The notes under the pieces were generated by a model. That model saw only the letters and a program-made list of their open reading frames with translations. It was not told the DNA's origin and did not search any database. From Rhynchopus sp. YZ270_cl-10 (Eukaryota), in contig OZ037840.1 of NCBI GenBank assembly GCA_964035575.1, forward strand, positions 1,054,001 through 1,118,000: a stretch of DNA of 64,000 nucleotides, in the 5' to 3' direction. The position numbers and the translations under genes were made by a program. Of the stretch, positions 35,488-48,358 are shown piece after piece (position 1 is the stretch's first letter; every line of letters starts with the position of its first letter).

Positions 35488-37959
35488 ATGTCTGCAGGTG
35501 CAGAGGTCACGCCACCACGGAAGGGCGTGTCGTTCCGTCCACCCATTCTGTGTGTGTTTGCTGTTGCAACGCTGGTGTCGACATGTGCGTCGATGGGGGG
35601 TGGTCTGGTGATGTACTTCGAGAGTCTTGCATCGCTTGAGGCGACTGTGGAGACAACAAGCAAGAGCGAGGTGGAGGGACTCGAGAACACACTGAAGAGA
35701 CTTCTTGTCCTCACGACGTACACAGCAGACTCTGTGCGTGCCTTCCACTACAACAACGAAGTGGTCTCGAGCCACGACCCACGGGTCGTCTCAAACCAGA
35801 CACGTGCCTTCACTTTCAGCAACACAAAGTCGATGCATCTTGGTGGTGCTGGGTACGTCCTTGTTCCGTACGACATCGCCGATGGTTCAGGAGTGTACAG
35901 TTTTGTATGGAAAGAGCCGCTCAAGGAGAAGGGAAAATTTCACTACGTGCACGGGGAACATCACAAGTACCTGAACCACACCGAGGGGCTTGAGTACTTT
36001 CCTGTGAACCACTCTGCTGACCCGCCAGTGCCAACACGGATGATGGTTCACACGAACCTTCTGGATGAGGGCACAGGTGAGGTGGACGAGTGGGTGTACG
36101 ACTGGAATGGTGTGAGCTACTTGACAGAGATGTTACCACGCGACTACGACCCACGTGACGGGGTTCCTCCACCAGGTTGGGATGCAGGTCTGTCCCAGGC
36201 TGTGGGTCACAAGTGGCGTCCACCAGCTGCCTGGAGGTCTGCCGATGGTTCTGTGTTCACATTCTCTGGGTACGACTCGGTGCACGTGCCACCCCCAGCA
36301 CCACACCCGTGGAGCAAGTACAGAGCAGTGCTGGTTGCCAGTACGCTCATGTACCTTCCGTGGCAGGTGGACCTGGACGACTACAAAGCACGCAACGCTG
36401 AGACGACAGTTGCTTTGGTGGACGCAAAGCTGCGCATCGTCTTTGCATCCACGACAGGACGGTCCATGATCGACAGGTGCATGACCACGAGGAACAGTTT
36501 CTCTGTGACAAGCCCGCTGTCCTGTGCGACACGGGTGGACGAGATACCGTCCCTGAAGAAGGCGTTCGACGACTTGGTGAACGAAGATGTGTACGAAGGG
36601 ACGTTCCGGACGATGACACTTGACGGTGAGGAACACTTTGTGCGTCGGAGTGCAACCTTCCACCAGGACCTGTTCCTGTTGTGGTACCGCCCGAAGTCGA
36701 CTGTGCAGGGGAAGGTGCAGGAGGCGCTGGTTGTGCTGATCATCTTCACAGCTCTGGTGTTTGTGTTTGACCTGCTGGTGTCGACGCTCGAAGTTGTCTT
36801 CATTGCGCAGCCGATGCGGCAGCTCTCTGCAGCCATCCAGAATGTCAGCAACTTTGAAACGGAATCTGCCACTGCTGCGATCTCACGTTACGACAACGCA
36901 CATGTCGTGATCAAGGAGATCAACTCGCTCATGGTGGGGATGCTCTTCACCATCCAACGCCTGGAGGAGTTCCGCACCTTTATGCCGCAGTCTGTGGTCC
37001 CAGGCCAGCAGGACGAGGCAGAGGAGTCGGCTGGTCAGTCTGTCACTTCCTTGTCGGATGGAAGCTCTCCTGTGTCCCGCATGTCATCAGTGTCGCAAAC
37101 CGTATCGGCCACCGCACCAGCAACGGTGAACACACCTGCAACTGTACTTGGCCTGCACCTGACAAGCAAGGATGTGGGGTTGCTGTACGTGAACGCACTC
37201 GGGTGGGACACACGCCAAGACAGCGAGGGTGTGCTGCGTGCGAGCAACGCGCTTGCTGCATACGTGCTGGGCTGTGTCGCACAGCACTCAGGTGTGCTGG
37301 ACAACTTCTCGGGGGACCGCTACCTCATTGGGTGGAACACTGCACGGCGTACGTGCAGCCCTGCCACAGCAGCATGCAACACAGCACTGCGCATGTCTGC
37401 AGGACAGGGTGGTGTGTGTGCGTTCCGTCTTTCCTGCGCTATCGCATTCGGCCCTGCGAAGGTGGGGAACGTGGGCACAGCACAGCTGAGGCGCTTCTCT
37501 GTGATCACACCTTTGATTCCGTGGCTGATGACGATGGAGGCATACGCGAAGACCTGCAATGTACCACGTGTCACCGATGATGCGACGTCCCGCCACTTGG
37601 AACGGTCTATTTTATGCCGTGTGTTTGATGCTGTTGTGCGTGAACGTCCGAGCAAGGTGGTGCCACTGCTGGAGGTCGTCCGGAAGGAAGAGTTTACACC
37701 TCAGGAGTGGATGTACGAGCTGACAGAGTTGGACGCGAAGAACGGCGACAGCAAGGCTGCGAACAGCATTGTACACTGCATCCTCAAGCGCGACTGGGAG
37801 GAGGCAGCCAAGCAGTACGACATGCTCGCAGACAAGAACGACCTTGCACACATCTGGGCAGATGCACTGAGGAGGAGACGGTTCGATCCCATGCGCCTGT
37901 CCTTCTCCCGTTGCAGGGATACAACTCGGTGCGAAAACACGAATTCTGACTGTACTTAG
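35488..37959 (+). CDS. Receptor-type cyclase-like protein, paralogue 3
   Basis: ATG at 35488 (MSAGAEVTPPRK), aligned with the start of paralogues 1 and 2. Confidence 0.85.
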   Translation: MSAGAEVTPPRKGVSFRPPILCVFAVATLVSTCASMGGGLVMYFESLASLEATVETTSKSEVEGLENTLKRLLVLTTYTADSVRAFHYNNEVVSSHDPRVVSNQTRAFTFSNTKSMHLGGAGYVLVPYDIADGSGVYSFVWKEPLKEKGKFHYVHGEHHKYLNHTEGLEYFPVNHSADPPVPTRMMVHTNLLDEGTGEVDEWVYDWNGVSYLTEMLPRDYDPRDGVPPPGWDAGLSQAVGHKWRPPAAWRSADGSVFTFSGYDSVHVPPPAPHPWSKYRAVLVASTLMYLPWQVDLDDYKARNAETTVALVDAKLRIVFASTTGRSMIDRCMTTRNSFSVTSPLSCATRVDEIPSLKKAFDDLVNEDVYEGTFRTMTLDGEEHFVRRSATFHQDLFLLWYRPKSTVQGKVQEALVVLIIFTALVFVFDLLVSTLEVVFIAQPMRQLSAAIQNVSNFETESATAAISRYDNAHVVIKEINSLMVGMLFTIQRLEEFRTFMPQSVVPGQQDEAEESAGQSVTSLSDGSSPVSRMSSVSQTVSATAPATVNTPATVLGLHLTSKDVGLLYVNALGWDTRQDSEGVLRASNALAAYVLGCVAQHSGVLDNFSGDRYLIGWNTARRTCSPATAACNTALRMSAGQGGVCAFRLSCAIAFGPAKVGNVGTAQLRRFSVITPLIPWLMTMEAYAKTCNVPRVTDDATSRHLERSILCRVFDAVVRERPSKVVPLLEVVRKEEFTPQEWMYELTELDAKNGDSKAANSIVHCILKRDWEEAAKQYDMLADKNDLAHIWADALRRRRFDPMRLSFSRCRDTTRCENTNSDCT

Positions 37960-39716
37960 GCCGAAAAATAGACCTTTACAAAATTACCGAAATCTGAATC
38001 ATTGTTCACCCTAAAATTAGTCTACCTTTTCAGGATTTTTCGGTTTTTATTGCACAACTGTGGCAACACAAACCGAGGAAACTACACTACTCCAACAATT
38101 TATCAAAAAAAACAAACAAAGAAGCGTCTTGAAAAAGAAGAATGCTGTACCACACCACCTGCGTGATGCCTGATACACCAAATCTGTTGAAAAGAATGTG
38201 AAAACGTGAAGAACTGAACACAACCTACTGCCCCCTAAAAACAAGGGGTGAAATATGCCATTTTTATTAATTGAGTGCCCAATTAGAACGATTTTTTTAT
38301 ATTTTCCTGTGACTTAATTATGGTGCCCAAGTCTTAGCGCAGTCCCCCCACCTGAGTGAAGCAAGGAGGATAAAACGTTATGAAGGGACCATGTTTTGAG
38401 CACTGAAAATAAATGTATTGTTTGTCCGCTCCGCATGTGATGTTATTTGAAAAGTGAGAAGTCGTTGTGGAAAATAAATGCTGGTGAAAACAGACTGTTA
38501 TGCGCTTGAAGCCGCGAAGACCAAGAAACACAATTTAGTCCTCTACATTTTTAATTTAAAAAATGTAGTTTTGCTCATTTACCAAGCCCAAGCCAAAAAA
38601 AAAGAAAAAGAAGAAAAAGAAAAAGAAAAAAGGGTTCACGACGAATGCCGTCTATACCTTCTGTGGTACAAAGGCTTCGGCCAACATTGAGTACAGGCCC
38701 TGCTAGCCCCAAGTGGGTTCTTAGGAGATTGTCGACACAACAACAAAAAAAAAAACGAAATTGGTGCTCCTGAAATAAAAACTACCAAGTACGCAACAAC
38801 TACGCAATATAGGGTATTCCTGTATTATTTTTTTTTCGTGCACAAAGTGTGCAACAAGTACGCAAAATGGGGTTATCAGGAGCACCAGAAATATATTATA
38901 ATAAACGCAGATCTCTATACCAGTAGGTGTAACGTATAGGTTGTAGAAAAAAAAGTAGTATGTAAAAGTAAGAACGGTATCCACGACACGAGAGAGAGGT
39001 GAGGAACGGCTGCGTGGAGCTCACACGAAAAGAAAAGAAGAAGAAAAAAAAACGAAACCGAGGTGTCTACACGATATCAATTGTTTAACCCTTTGGGACC
39101 GAAGGGTGGCTGAATTAAACACCCAAAATTGGGGTCCCCACAGAGGAAGGTGGGTAATATGGTCCCACATGCATAAAAACCAAAGTCGAGGGGCGGAATT
39201 GAAAGATTTTTCATCAAATAAATCCAAAGAAGCAAAAAATTTTCAGTTTTGGCATCCTGGAAATTTATTAGATACTGGAGAGCCTGGGTCACCTGAAAAG
39301 GTGGTAAAGGGGGGTGTGACAACAATTAAAAGTGCATTTTTTGGGTCAATTTTTTCACATTTTCCTAAATTTCGGCCCGGAAACGCATTTCCGGGCATTT
39401 TTGGGGCGGGGTATGGGTGAATTTTCCATATTTTGAGGCCTCAGGCAACATGTCTAAAAATGGCACTTTTACTAGGGAAAAGTGGAAAAAAGTAGGGTAT
39501 GTTAGGGGGGAAAGTGAGTAAATTGACTTCAGATTGGCCATTTTTGAAAACTTTTAGCGTCGTTAAATGCGCGAAACTGCCGGAATGCAAAGCAATGCGA
39601 GATCAGTTCCAGAAAAAAAAATATATCAGTCCTATTCGTGGTCCTTTACCCCCCCCTTTGGGTCGGTGAACCGGAAATTTTGGAAATAGGGGGGTAAAAT
39701 AAGGGGGGGGGGTAAA

Positions 39717-42351
39717 CAGTGTTCCTAACCCTAGTTTTAAACGAAACGTTTTAAACGTTTTAAACTCTAAACGTTTTAAACTGTTTTAAACGTTTTAAAC
39801 TCGAATAAAAAACGGTGGTGAATTTTGGCTTTTCAGGCAAAAAAAAAATTTTTTTTTTTTTTTTTCAGGCAAAAAAAAAATGTCTTTGCGAAAAAAATGT
39901 GGTATTTTCCTCTTTGCTGAACTTTTCAGTGGCAGCAGGCACGGTGTAATTAGGTGTAGTAGGTGTAAATTATGCGCATGCATGTTAATGCTGCGGTGTA
40001 GCCAACCCCCCACCCCCCTTAGTCAGACACATCTTCTATCTTCAGGCAAGAGTGCACTGCTGACAGCATCTGGAGCTTCTCTGCTGACAGACGGCACCTT
40101 CTGCCCCCCGAGAGCCAGCCCATCGAGCTGAACGTACGCTCCACCTCCGCCGTCGAGGGCCGGATCGCCACGATGGGGATGGCGATGCGCGCCAGCGTAC
40201 ACCCCTTCTTCGCAAGCACAGTCCACCACTCCTCCGGCGTCACCTTCCCCGCAATCTTCCAGAAGCTCTCCTTCGAGAAGAACTCCAGCTTGTTGGAGAG
40301 GAGGAGGAGGTCGGAGCTTTCCCCGCCGCACGCCTTCACGTACCGTTCGGCGGCTTCCTCAACTTCCGCAGGGGGGGAGTAGCCCTCGAAGAAGGCCTTC
40401 GCATCGCCAGCACCCTCCCGGGAATACTCCACGGGGGTCATCACGGTGGCGGCACACAGCCAGTCCTGTGACTCGTACTTCTCCCTCCGCCCAGCCGCCT
40501 TCTGCGCCCAGTCTCGCATCTTCTTCCGGTCTCCTGCAGGCACCGTTCCCTTCGCAGCGCAGGCAATGATCTTCTTCTCAACGGCAGAAAAGATAGGGAT
40601 GATCATGCCTGCCCTGCCCTTGTTCCCCTGCAGGAGGTTTATCGCCACAGAGACGAAGGCCATAGCCTCGAGTACGACCGCGAAGGTGTCCCACTTATCC
40701 AGCAGCTCCTTGAGGGAGGGGCACTGCGCCGCAATTGTGTTGTCGTCATTCATGAGGATGAGCGACGTCTTGGCTTCACACATCACTTTCCAGCACTCAT
40801 GCGAGCTGGTCCAGCGGGTGAGGGTGGGGCGTGGGGGCTTCTTTGCCTGAGGGCGGCCATTCTGGACCTGGAGCTCAGCAAACTTCTTCCCGAGAGCCTC
40901 GACATTGCGAATGGAGGAGGTGGTGGTGCTCAACAGATCTACCAGCCAAGCGAAGGCGTTCTTCACTTCCTTCCCCGCGCTCTTCCTCACCCCGAAGGCA
41001 TCATTCAGGACACGGTTCAGGGTGTGAGTAGAACAAATGAGAAGCACGCACTTATGCTCGTTCTCCCCCCTGGCTTCATTGATTTCGGTAGCAAAAACCT
41101 TGCACCCTGCAGCTGTAGTGGTGTCCCCATCACACACTAGCCCACTCAACTTATCTTTTTCTGGCATCTCATGCAGGTGCGTACGGATCTCCTCCGCATT
41201 GTGCGAGTCCTCCTCCAAAACTTTTGTGCTTACAGGGCGGGCATCCGCACCATCTCCGGAGGCGACAAGGGTGAACACCTTCTCGTCGTTGTGCGCCTTC
41301 CAGCCATCAACGTATACCGAGATGTGCAGGCTCTGTGCTAGGGCTGCTCTCACAGGAACCATGACCCTGTCATACTCAGCCTTAAGTACCCTGTTGCCCA
41401 TCTGGTACCCGCTGGGAATTTTTGCCACATCAAATGCTGGCACCAAGCGCTTGATCAGCCTCTGCAGGTATATTGACTCTGCAGTGCTGAACGAGAGGCC
41501 GTGCGCAAAAAAGAGGCGACCAAGGTCAGCTTCGATGTTTGCGTAGTCCTCGTCAGTCAGAGCTGACGGATCACCCCGCTTGCGCTTCGCGCGTCGCGCC
41601 TGAGTTTGGGGAGTCTGCTCCGAAGATTGTGACGATGCCACTGGGGGAGACTGTGTCTGGGACACGGGTGGCTGTGAGGATGGCAACACCTCAGGGGATT
41701 CCGCCTGACCTGGGGGGGGAAGAAGCACCGGGGGAGCCTGGTCCGGGGGAGTCTCCTGCGAAGATGCTTGCGGCGCCCCATCATCCTCATCATCCTCCAC
41801 GCCCTTGGCCTTCCGCACGATCGCTGCAGGGGCGTCGCTGCACTGGCTCAGGTGTTTGCGCATACGTGTTCCTGTTGCGCTCAGCACACACTCGCCGCAG
41901 TGGTTGCACTTAGCATCCTTTTCGGAGCTGAAGTGTGCACGCGACCAGCATGGCGGGCGACCCATAATTGTCTTGTGTATGTCTGTTCGTGTTGGGTGAA
42001 CATACTGTACAAAAAAATGCAGTCCTGGGAAAATTTAAGACGGGGGTCTATCGGAAGGTTTTCGCGCATTCATTAGGGTACCGTACAGGAAACAAGTTGC
42101 CATAGCAGGAGAAACGAAGAAAAACCAGGCTAAATTGACCATAGATACACCAAAACTATGATTTTTGATACAGAAAAAAAAAAATTCGAAAAATCCCCCC
42201 ACTTTTTTTACGTTTTTTTGTGCAGAACTGCCACCCGTTTTTTATTCGAGTTTAAAACGTTTAAAACGTTTAAAACGTTTAAAACGCGTTTTAAATAATT
42301 TAAAACGTTTAAAACGTTTTAAACGTTTTAAACGCAAAATTAGGAACACTG
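39717..42351 (-). mobile_element. Apparently intact autonomous hAT transposon (2635 bp)
   Basis: TIR CAGTGTTCCTAA, 8-bp TSD GGGGTAAA, AAACGTTTT subterminal arrays, transposase ORF. Confidence 0.92.
40019..41965 (-). CDS. hAT-family transposase with BED zinc finger, 648 aa
   Basis: W..HF...AKCNHC...RMRKHL..C (BED). Catalytic core VDGW, VCDG, CSTH, TRWTS. Dimerisation region PEEWW...PSTAEVERTFS...R.RL. Confidence 0.92.
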   Translation of the reverse strand: MGRPPCWSRAHFSSEKDAKCNHCGECVLSATGTRMRKHLSQCSDAPAAIVRKAKGVEDDEDDGAPQASSQETPPDQAPPVLLPPPGQAESPEVLPSSQPPVSQTQSPPVASSQSSEQTPQTQARRAKRKRGDPSALTDEDYANIEADLGRLFFAHGLSFSTAESIYLQRLIKRLVPAFDVAKIPSGYQMGNRVLKAEYDRVMVPVRAALAQSLHISVYVDGWKAHNDEKVFTLVASGDGADARPVSTKVLEEDSHNAEEIRTHLHEMPEKDKLSGLVCDGDTTTAAGCKVFATEINEARGENEHKCVLLICSTHTLNRVLNDAFGVRKSAGKEVKNAFAWLVDLLSTTTSSIRNVEALGKKFAELQVQNGRPQAKKPPRPTLTRWTSSHECWKVMCEAKTSLILMNDDNTIAAQCPSLKELLDKWDTFAVVLEAMAFVSVAINLLQGNKGRAGMIIPIFSAVEKKIIACAAKGTVPAGDRKKMRDWAQKAAGRREKYESQDWLCAATVMTPVEYSREGAGDAKAFFEGYSPPAEVEEAAERYVKACGGESSDLLLLSNKLEFFSKESFWKIAGKVTPEEWWTVLAKKGCTLARIAIPIVAIRPSTAEVERTFSSMGWLSGGRRCRLSAEKLQMLSAVHSCLKIEDVSD

Positions 42352-42911
42352 GGGGTAAAGGAGGGGGTAAGGGGGGGGGGGGGGGGTAAAGGACCATGTT
42401 ATGGGTTTGGTCACGTTTTTGGGTGGGAAGGGGGGACATTTTCCAACACCGTGGGGTGAAATTTTGCACAACACAGTGTGACGACACATGATCTAATGAC
42501 AAATATATCGTCTGAAAAAAATTCCTCACCTCCTTGCGACATCGCAAGTAGTCATGAATCATGCAAATCCACAGCATCCACATCATCTTTCTGCCCGTGC
42601 CTGTACCATGACTGGTCAGGGATGACGAGGGATCACGATGTTGCCTCAGATTCCGTGAGGTGTCCCAAACGTATCGCCCACGCAGCACAAACGTACCCAC
42701 TTGCACCCATCTACCTGCACACGCGATGCAAAACAGGAGTGAAGGATTATTTGCACTTTACCCCTTTCCTCATTTCGAGCTTGTCTCCAGCTTCATATCA
42801 GACGAGTCCTACAGTCTACGGATGTGTACGACCCGCTGAACACATCAGCCCCTCCCAGCAAACCATCAAACAAAACAAGTGTGCGCTGCATTATGAAATT
42901 ATTACCCTATA

Positions 42912-43010
42912 ATTACACGCCGGGTGGTGTTTTGTCACGAGGGACCTAAACCCCCTCGCTTCGCTCGTGGGTTTAGGTCACTCGTGACAAAACACCACCT
43001 GGCGTGTTGT
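42912..43010. other. ~100-bp imperfect hairpin
   Basis: cacgccgggtggtgttttgtcacgagggacctaaacc-ccctcgcttcgctcgtg-ggtttaggtcactcgtgacaaaacaccacctggcgtg. Confidence 0.8.
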
Positions 43011-45644
43011 GGTAATTACCCAAAAATTGCCTGGTGGCTGGTACTTTACCCCCCCTCAGGGGGGTAAAGTACCAGCCACACAGGGTATTATAAGGGGGGG
43101 GGGTAAAGGACCATGTTATTTTGGGCTGAACCGTTTTTTTCTGAAAAAGGGGGTAAAATAAGGGGGGGGGGGGGGGGGTAAAGGAAGGGGGGGGGGGTAA
43201 AGGACCACGAATAGGACTGATTTATTTTTTGACGAGTGGTGAATTAAAGCCTGTGACAGATCTGTCAAAAACTGCTTATTCCGCTTTCTGCATACCACAC
43301 CTATTTTCCCCCCCCCCGAAAATGGCGTTTTTGGATAGATTTGCAAGAAATCTTTTCACGACACCCCGAGTTTTTGAAAAATACCATTTTAAAGATATCT
43401 TACTCACGTGGGAGCACTAAAACGGAAAAATTTTAAAAACCCCACTTTTTCTGATTTCTTCGAAAATTGGCTTGGGGGCGCCACCATCTGACACGAATGC
43501 ATTTTTTACAAAATCTTCTATTCTTGCTTCTTTGGAAAGATGGGCCATAAAATCTTTCCACCATGCCAAGAGTTGGTCGAAAATATTGAGCAGATCATGT
43601 CTAACTCGTCTTCCTAAGAAAAATTGTTATAACCGCCACCACAGTGGCGGTTAGTTCCCAAAGGGTTAAAAAAAGCAAAAGCAAAACCACATTGTAACGT
43701 AGTGTAGTCACATTGAGTACCTTGATGAGGTTTTACTTTCCTCGCTTTGTGCTGTGGTAGCTCCACGAACAGGAACAAAGCCAGATATACCGTGATATCT
43801 GCTTCAACTGGATATCTGTGGTGCGTTTCTCCTTTTGATAGTGGCTTGCAGATGTTACGGTGCGTGTGTGTGTGTGTGTGTTTTTGTGTTATCAAGCATT
43901 GACGAATAGAAATGGAAAACGATGGATGGTGCGTGCCCGCAAGTGCTTGGGTTTTTCTTCACTAACACATACCCCACACATATTCTGCAGTGAAAACTCA
44001 CAAGCCTTTTGCGGTGCGATAAAACGAAAAAGTGTTTTCTTTTTTTTCATTTAACTGTCATATCCTGAAGTCGTTTTCTATTTTGATTTTTTCTTTGTCT
44101 TTTTTCTTTTTTGTCTTTTTTGTACTTTCTCTCCATTTTTTGCACCCTCTTTGCATTCTTTTTGTTTCGCTAAGAAAAGAATGTATATGAATTACTTTCT
44201 CTCCTTTTGAGAGTGGCTTGAGATGTTGCGGTGTGTATGTGTGTGCATTTTTTTTTTTGTTTTGTTTTTTGTCTTTTTGTCTTTTTGTCTTTGTACTTTC
44301 TCTTCTTTGATGTGAAAGCTTTCTATTATTTTTTTTTGTGTGTTGTGTCAACCTCGAATGGATGCAGGACTGTTGGGGTCCACCCACGGTGCACCGGTCA
44401 AGCACCAAGGTACACTGTCACGAGAGCTGCTTTTGTCGACCAGATTTTTCCTGAAATTTGGGCAGGGTTTGGTGGTATTACCCCCCACACAAACTCCACA
44501 AAATTTTTAGGCAAAATTACATACAATGCAACGAGGCCGACTGCGCCTGAAAATAGGCATGTCAAAAAATGTAAAATCTATGTGAGGCGTGGCTGAGGCG
44601 TTAATCCTCACAATGGTTCTGAACTGTCCAAAAGTCAGCCTGGGGGTACCACACACGTCTTTACCCCTACTTATAGTCACGTCGCAAGCCACGCCTTAGT
44701 ATTCTTAGTCCCCCTCAGCCACGCCTGTATCAGGCCTTAGTGAGGATTGTTCAGCCTCGTTGCATTGTATGAAATTAGTTGGTTTGTAAGTTAAGTCAAT
44801 CTTTTCTGTGTTTTTTTTTTTTCCTCTCTCTCGGTACATTTTTTGCACCCTCTTTGCTTTCTTTTCGTTTCGGTTAAGAAAAGAAAGTATATGAACTAAT
44901 TTTCTCTCTTTTTTTTGCTTTTTTTTTTTTTTTGCGTTGATGTGGAAGAGGAGGTTGATCACAAAGCATTCACAGATAACCCCACAAGAGGAAAAAGAAA
45001 AAAGAATATTCAGGGTGCGTGGTGTGTCTCTTGGTGCGTTTTTTTTCTCTCTTTTTAGAACGTCCTTTTGTACTTTCTTTTTTTTGATTGGAAAGTGTCT
45101 GAAGCTATTTTCAAACTAATTTTACATCGCATTGTTGTTAAAATCAACGTTGAAAAAAACCCCACGAAGCAGAAACACCCACCCGCAAATTATTTTTTTT
45201 TTGTGACTCTGTGATTTGTGTTACGGTCAAACCTCCCCGCCACCCCCAGTTGGGACTATTCTTTGCTGTTCTTGCTCTATGTTTTTTTTCTCTTTTTTTC
45301 TTTTCTGCTGTACCCTACTTTTTATTTCAGGGCCTCCGCTAGGTACTAAAGTTGTTGATTGTCAACAGAACTTTTTGAAAATGGGGGGGGGGGGGGGGTA
45401 GGGAGCACGCACGACGTTGAAGTAACTTACTTTACTTGTGGTTTTACTTGTGGTTTTACATGTAATAATTTTTACTTGTGGTCACAAGTAATTACTTGTG
45501 CCACAAGTAACTTTTACTTGTGCACAAGTAATTTTTTACTTGTGCACAAGTAACTTTTTACTTGTGTACACGGTGCGCTGGTCAGAGATCTGACCAGGTA
45601 CCCAGGTACCCAGGTACCCAGGTACACAGTGTACACAGTGTACA

Positions 45645-46960
45645 AGGAAAAAAGTCGTGAAAGAGCAACCACAGCTCCACATGACAAACACAAAAGTGTC
45701 CAGTCACGTGGGGCATTCATGCACTGAGGAGATAATGATCCAACAATTTACAAGAAAGATTACTTAACCTACTGCTGGAAGTTGCCAGGTCGTAGTAACA
45801 CACAAAGTGTGCCTCCGTTCGGGAAGACCGGATATTCTAGAGACCAAAAAGGCCTCAAGAATATCTTCCGCTGGTCAAGGTATAACCGAATGAACGGCCC
45901 AAGACCCCCGTGGAGAAGTTAAATGTTGTAATGCTATCAAGTAGAAACTGCGACCACTGTCTTACCCTCCTCAATACATGGTGGAAGATGTCTTTGACAA
46001 CAAATATCCTGTACCCAGGTACCCATATTCCCAGACCCACGCAGTACCACGTCGCAGTACTACGCAAAATTTACCACCAGACCCTGTCTTCGTGCACCTT
46101 AAGTACAACGCCGCAGACAGGCCAAACATGCGTTGGACTCAGAGGAATGCCCGCTGTGCAGGTATCATGAGAACCAACTCCCAGCAACAAGGGGCGCCTT
46201 TTGGCGGGCGTTGTTGAGGGTGTTTGGGGTGCAAAGTTTTCCACAATTTTGATGCGCGGGTACAGAAGTGTTGTCTTGTTCTTTCATCTCTAGGAATGTA
46301 AATGTCAATCGCGTTTAACTACCACGAGGGCTTGTTCAGTGAACCCACAAGGGGTCGAAGGGGGTTGGTTATCCCATATCTATCAAAGGTTGTGTCGACC
46401 AGGCTAAACCACTATGTTACGCTGTACGGGTTAAATCCGAAGAAATAACGCTTTAGCAGCCGCAGGAAGTTTGTTAAAAAGAGTGCCTCACGCTACACAA
46501 ACCACCACCCGCGATTGACTTAGATGTTATAACAAAGAGACTTCAGAACAAAACAACACCCTGCCCCATACACACTAAATTGTCATGCTTCAAGAGCATG
46601 CCTGGGCCAAAATTACTGTGACAAAAAGGCAACAAGACCACCCACAAGGAGTGTGAAATGTGCACTGGATTTCTGGGGGAACGCAATATTTTCTTGTGCC
46701 TCGTCCTCCGCAAGCAGAGGACAGACTTTCCGGAAGGTTTCCAAAGTCGAATTTCTTGCACTAGCCATGCTCCCTGGGTTAATGGCAATAGCAGTGACTG
46801 ACAAAATGTTCCCACCCCCCTTCATCCGCAAACTCAGTATTGATGCAGGTGAACGTGTGTGAGTTGAATGTCGGAGACGGCGAAGGTTCTCCTCGCACTC
46901 GCAGATGCTGTTCAGATTTCACGATCCTGTGATGAGTGGAAATGTGGGGTGTAGTTAGGT
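45645..46960 (+). repeat. ~1.3-kb internal segment of the CACGGTG family, duplicated at about 50118-51470
   Basis: Direct colinear match, preceded by the CACGGTGCGCTGGTCAGAG terminus at 45569. Confidence 0.85.
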
Positions 46961-48129
46961 TATGGTAGCTTGGAAAATAGAAGTTAATTATGACTTCAAG
47001 AAAAATGGTTATCGAATTTGAGGATGTAGAAAGACAGGGATGCAAAAAGTAGTGTAAAACCCCCCATATGTGAAAATTGTATTTTCTGGGGGAGATAAAA
47101 CCATACCTTGTCTGCACATTCACCATTTGTGCCAGCGCCTCTGAGGGATAGAAGCTGGTTCTGGATCAACGTGGACTGCTCTTAGGGGAACCGGGGAACC
47201 GTTCCCTGGTTCCCGTTCCGAAATGACCGGTTCATTATACTCCAGTTCCGGGGGTATCGGACTGTTGGGGCCCCCTCGCCCGACCCCCAGATGACTGGCA
47301 TGACAGCACCTTAATTTTTTTCTGCTCGCTGCGCTCGCGGAAGTACACCCCAAAAAAATTTCCGCTCGCTTCGCGCTAACTTTTGGAAAAAAATCTGAAA
47401 AATCGTGCTTCGGGCCCAAAAAAACGCACCTCAAATAGGGTTACGTCTGGGGGTGAAAAAGCAGTGTTTTGTGGCATTTCCGAGCTGTGGTGGGGCATAT
47501 TCGGAAAAGTGGACAAATTTTAGTGACTTAAATTTTCACATAATATGAACCCATACTCCTAAACAAGGGGCATTTTCAGTCTGAAAACCCAAATTCAGAT
47601 GAAATTGTGGTGTTTTTGACTGGGAACAGGTAGCGCCGCAGGCGCACGGTACCCAACCTTTTTCCTTTCCCTTTTCTCTGCTTTCTTTTGATTGCGCGAG
47701 ATGATTGCTCTCCACGGTAGGGTCACATGTGTGTGTGAAAACACTCTACCCGTACTCTGAACTATGAGATTCCTCTGGTTCTAGTAAAGAAACCCCGGTC
47801 TCAAAAAGTGCGTAAATATCATTTTCCGCCCAAGAGGTCGTTTTGTTGCATTTCCGAAGACCCACCCACGAGACCTGTCAAATCTATGTGACATGTTATA
47901 AAATAACATCTAATCTCGCATGTCGTATCACCAAAAACCCTAGTAACATTATCATCATGTGTGGGATGGTAGGTGTTCACATGACTCGTCACAACTCTTC
48001 ACAACACAGTCTATGACATATATTGTTGTGAAAGAGTTGTGAATTGAAATGAAAATTTGTGTTCTCCAATACCCCGAACACCACCAGGAAAATTGAGCCT
48101 TTTGAGCCTTCTTTCGAGCCTTCTCAAGG

Positions 48130-48358
48130 AGAAAAAGTTTAATTTTCCCAGTTTGTAATTTTGTTTTGCCGTACAATTGGAAATGAAGCGTTCCTTGTGC
48201 TAGTGATCGAAGAAGACGGTGTAATCTTCTTCACAGGATTTGATCTTCGGAAATTTCAGAAATCCTTTCCGAGCAATGTCGTAGGTTTCTTATGAGGCGT
48301 TCTTCTGAGCACCCTCATAGATATTTGCTGCCTGCTTCTTCGTAGCCCTTCGCGATTT
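48130..48358 (-). pseudogene. Possible decayed N-terminus of a second tyrosine recombinase
   Basis: Manual translation KKQAANIYEGAQKNAS*ETYDIARKGFLKF..KSCEEDYTVFFDH*HKER resembles KS..Y...W..F..F...E.....Y..YL of the YR at 22384-23559. Confidence 0.35.

Larger units (their letters stand above)
29753..37959 (+). repeat. Tandem segmental duplication unit (spacer plus paralogue 3), repeated at 38419-62300 with different TE insertions
   Basis: Colinear matches: 29753/38419, 31110/39075+43666, 33270/45310+56428, 35185/59563. Confidence 0.9.
39627..43219. mobile_element. Nested TIR element (CAGTCCTATTCGTGGTCCTTTACCCCCCC ends)
   Basis: Inverted termini at 39627 and 43219, AT on both flanks, multiple GGGGGTAAAG subterminal motifs. 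Confidence 0.75.
39089..43665. mobile_element. piggyBac-like non-autonomous element with nested insertions
   Basis: TTAA|CCCTTTGGGA...TCCCAAAGGG|TTAA. Empty TTAA site at about 31102. Confidence 0.88.

Noticed and set aside
42400..42910. Possible decayed transposase inside the CAGTC-ended element
   Set aside because: No recognisable motif in any frame I could read.
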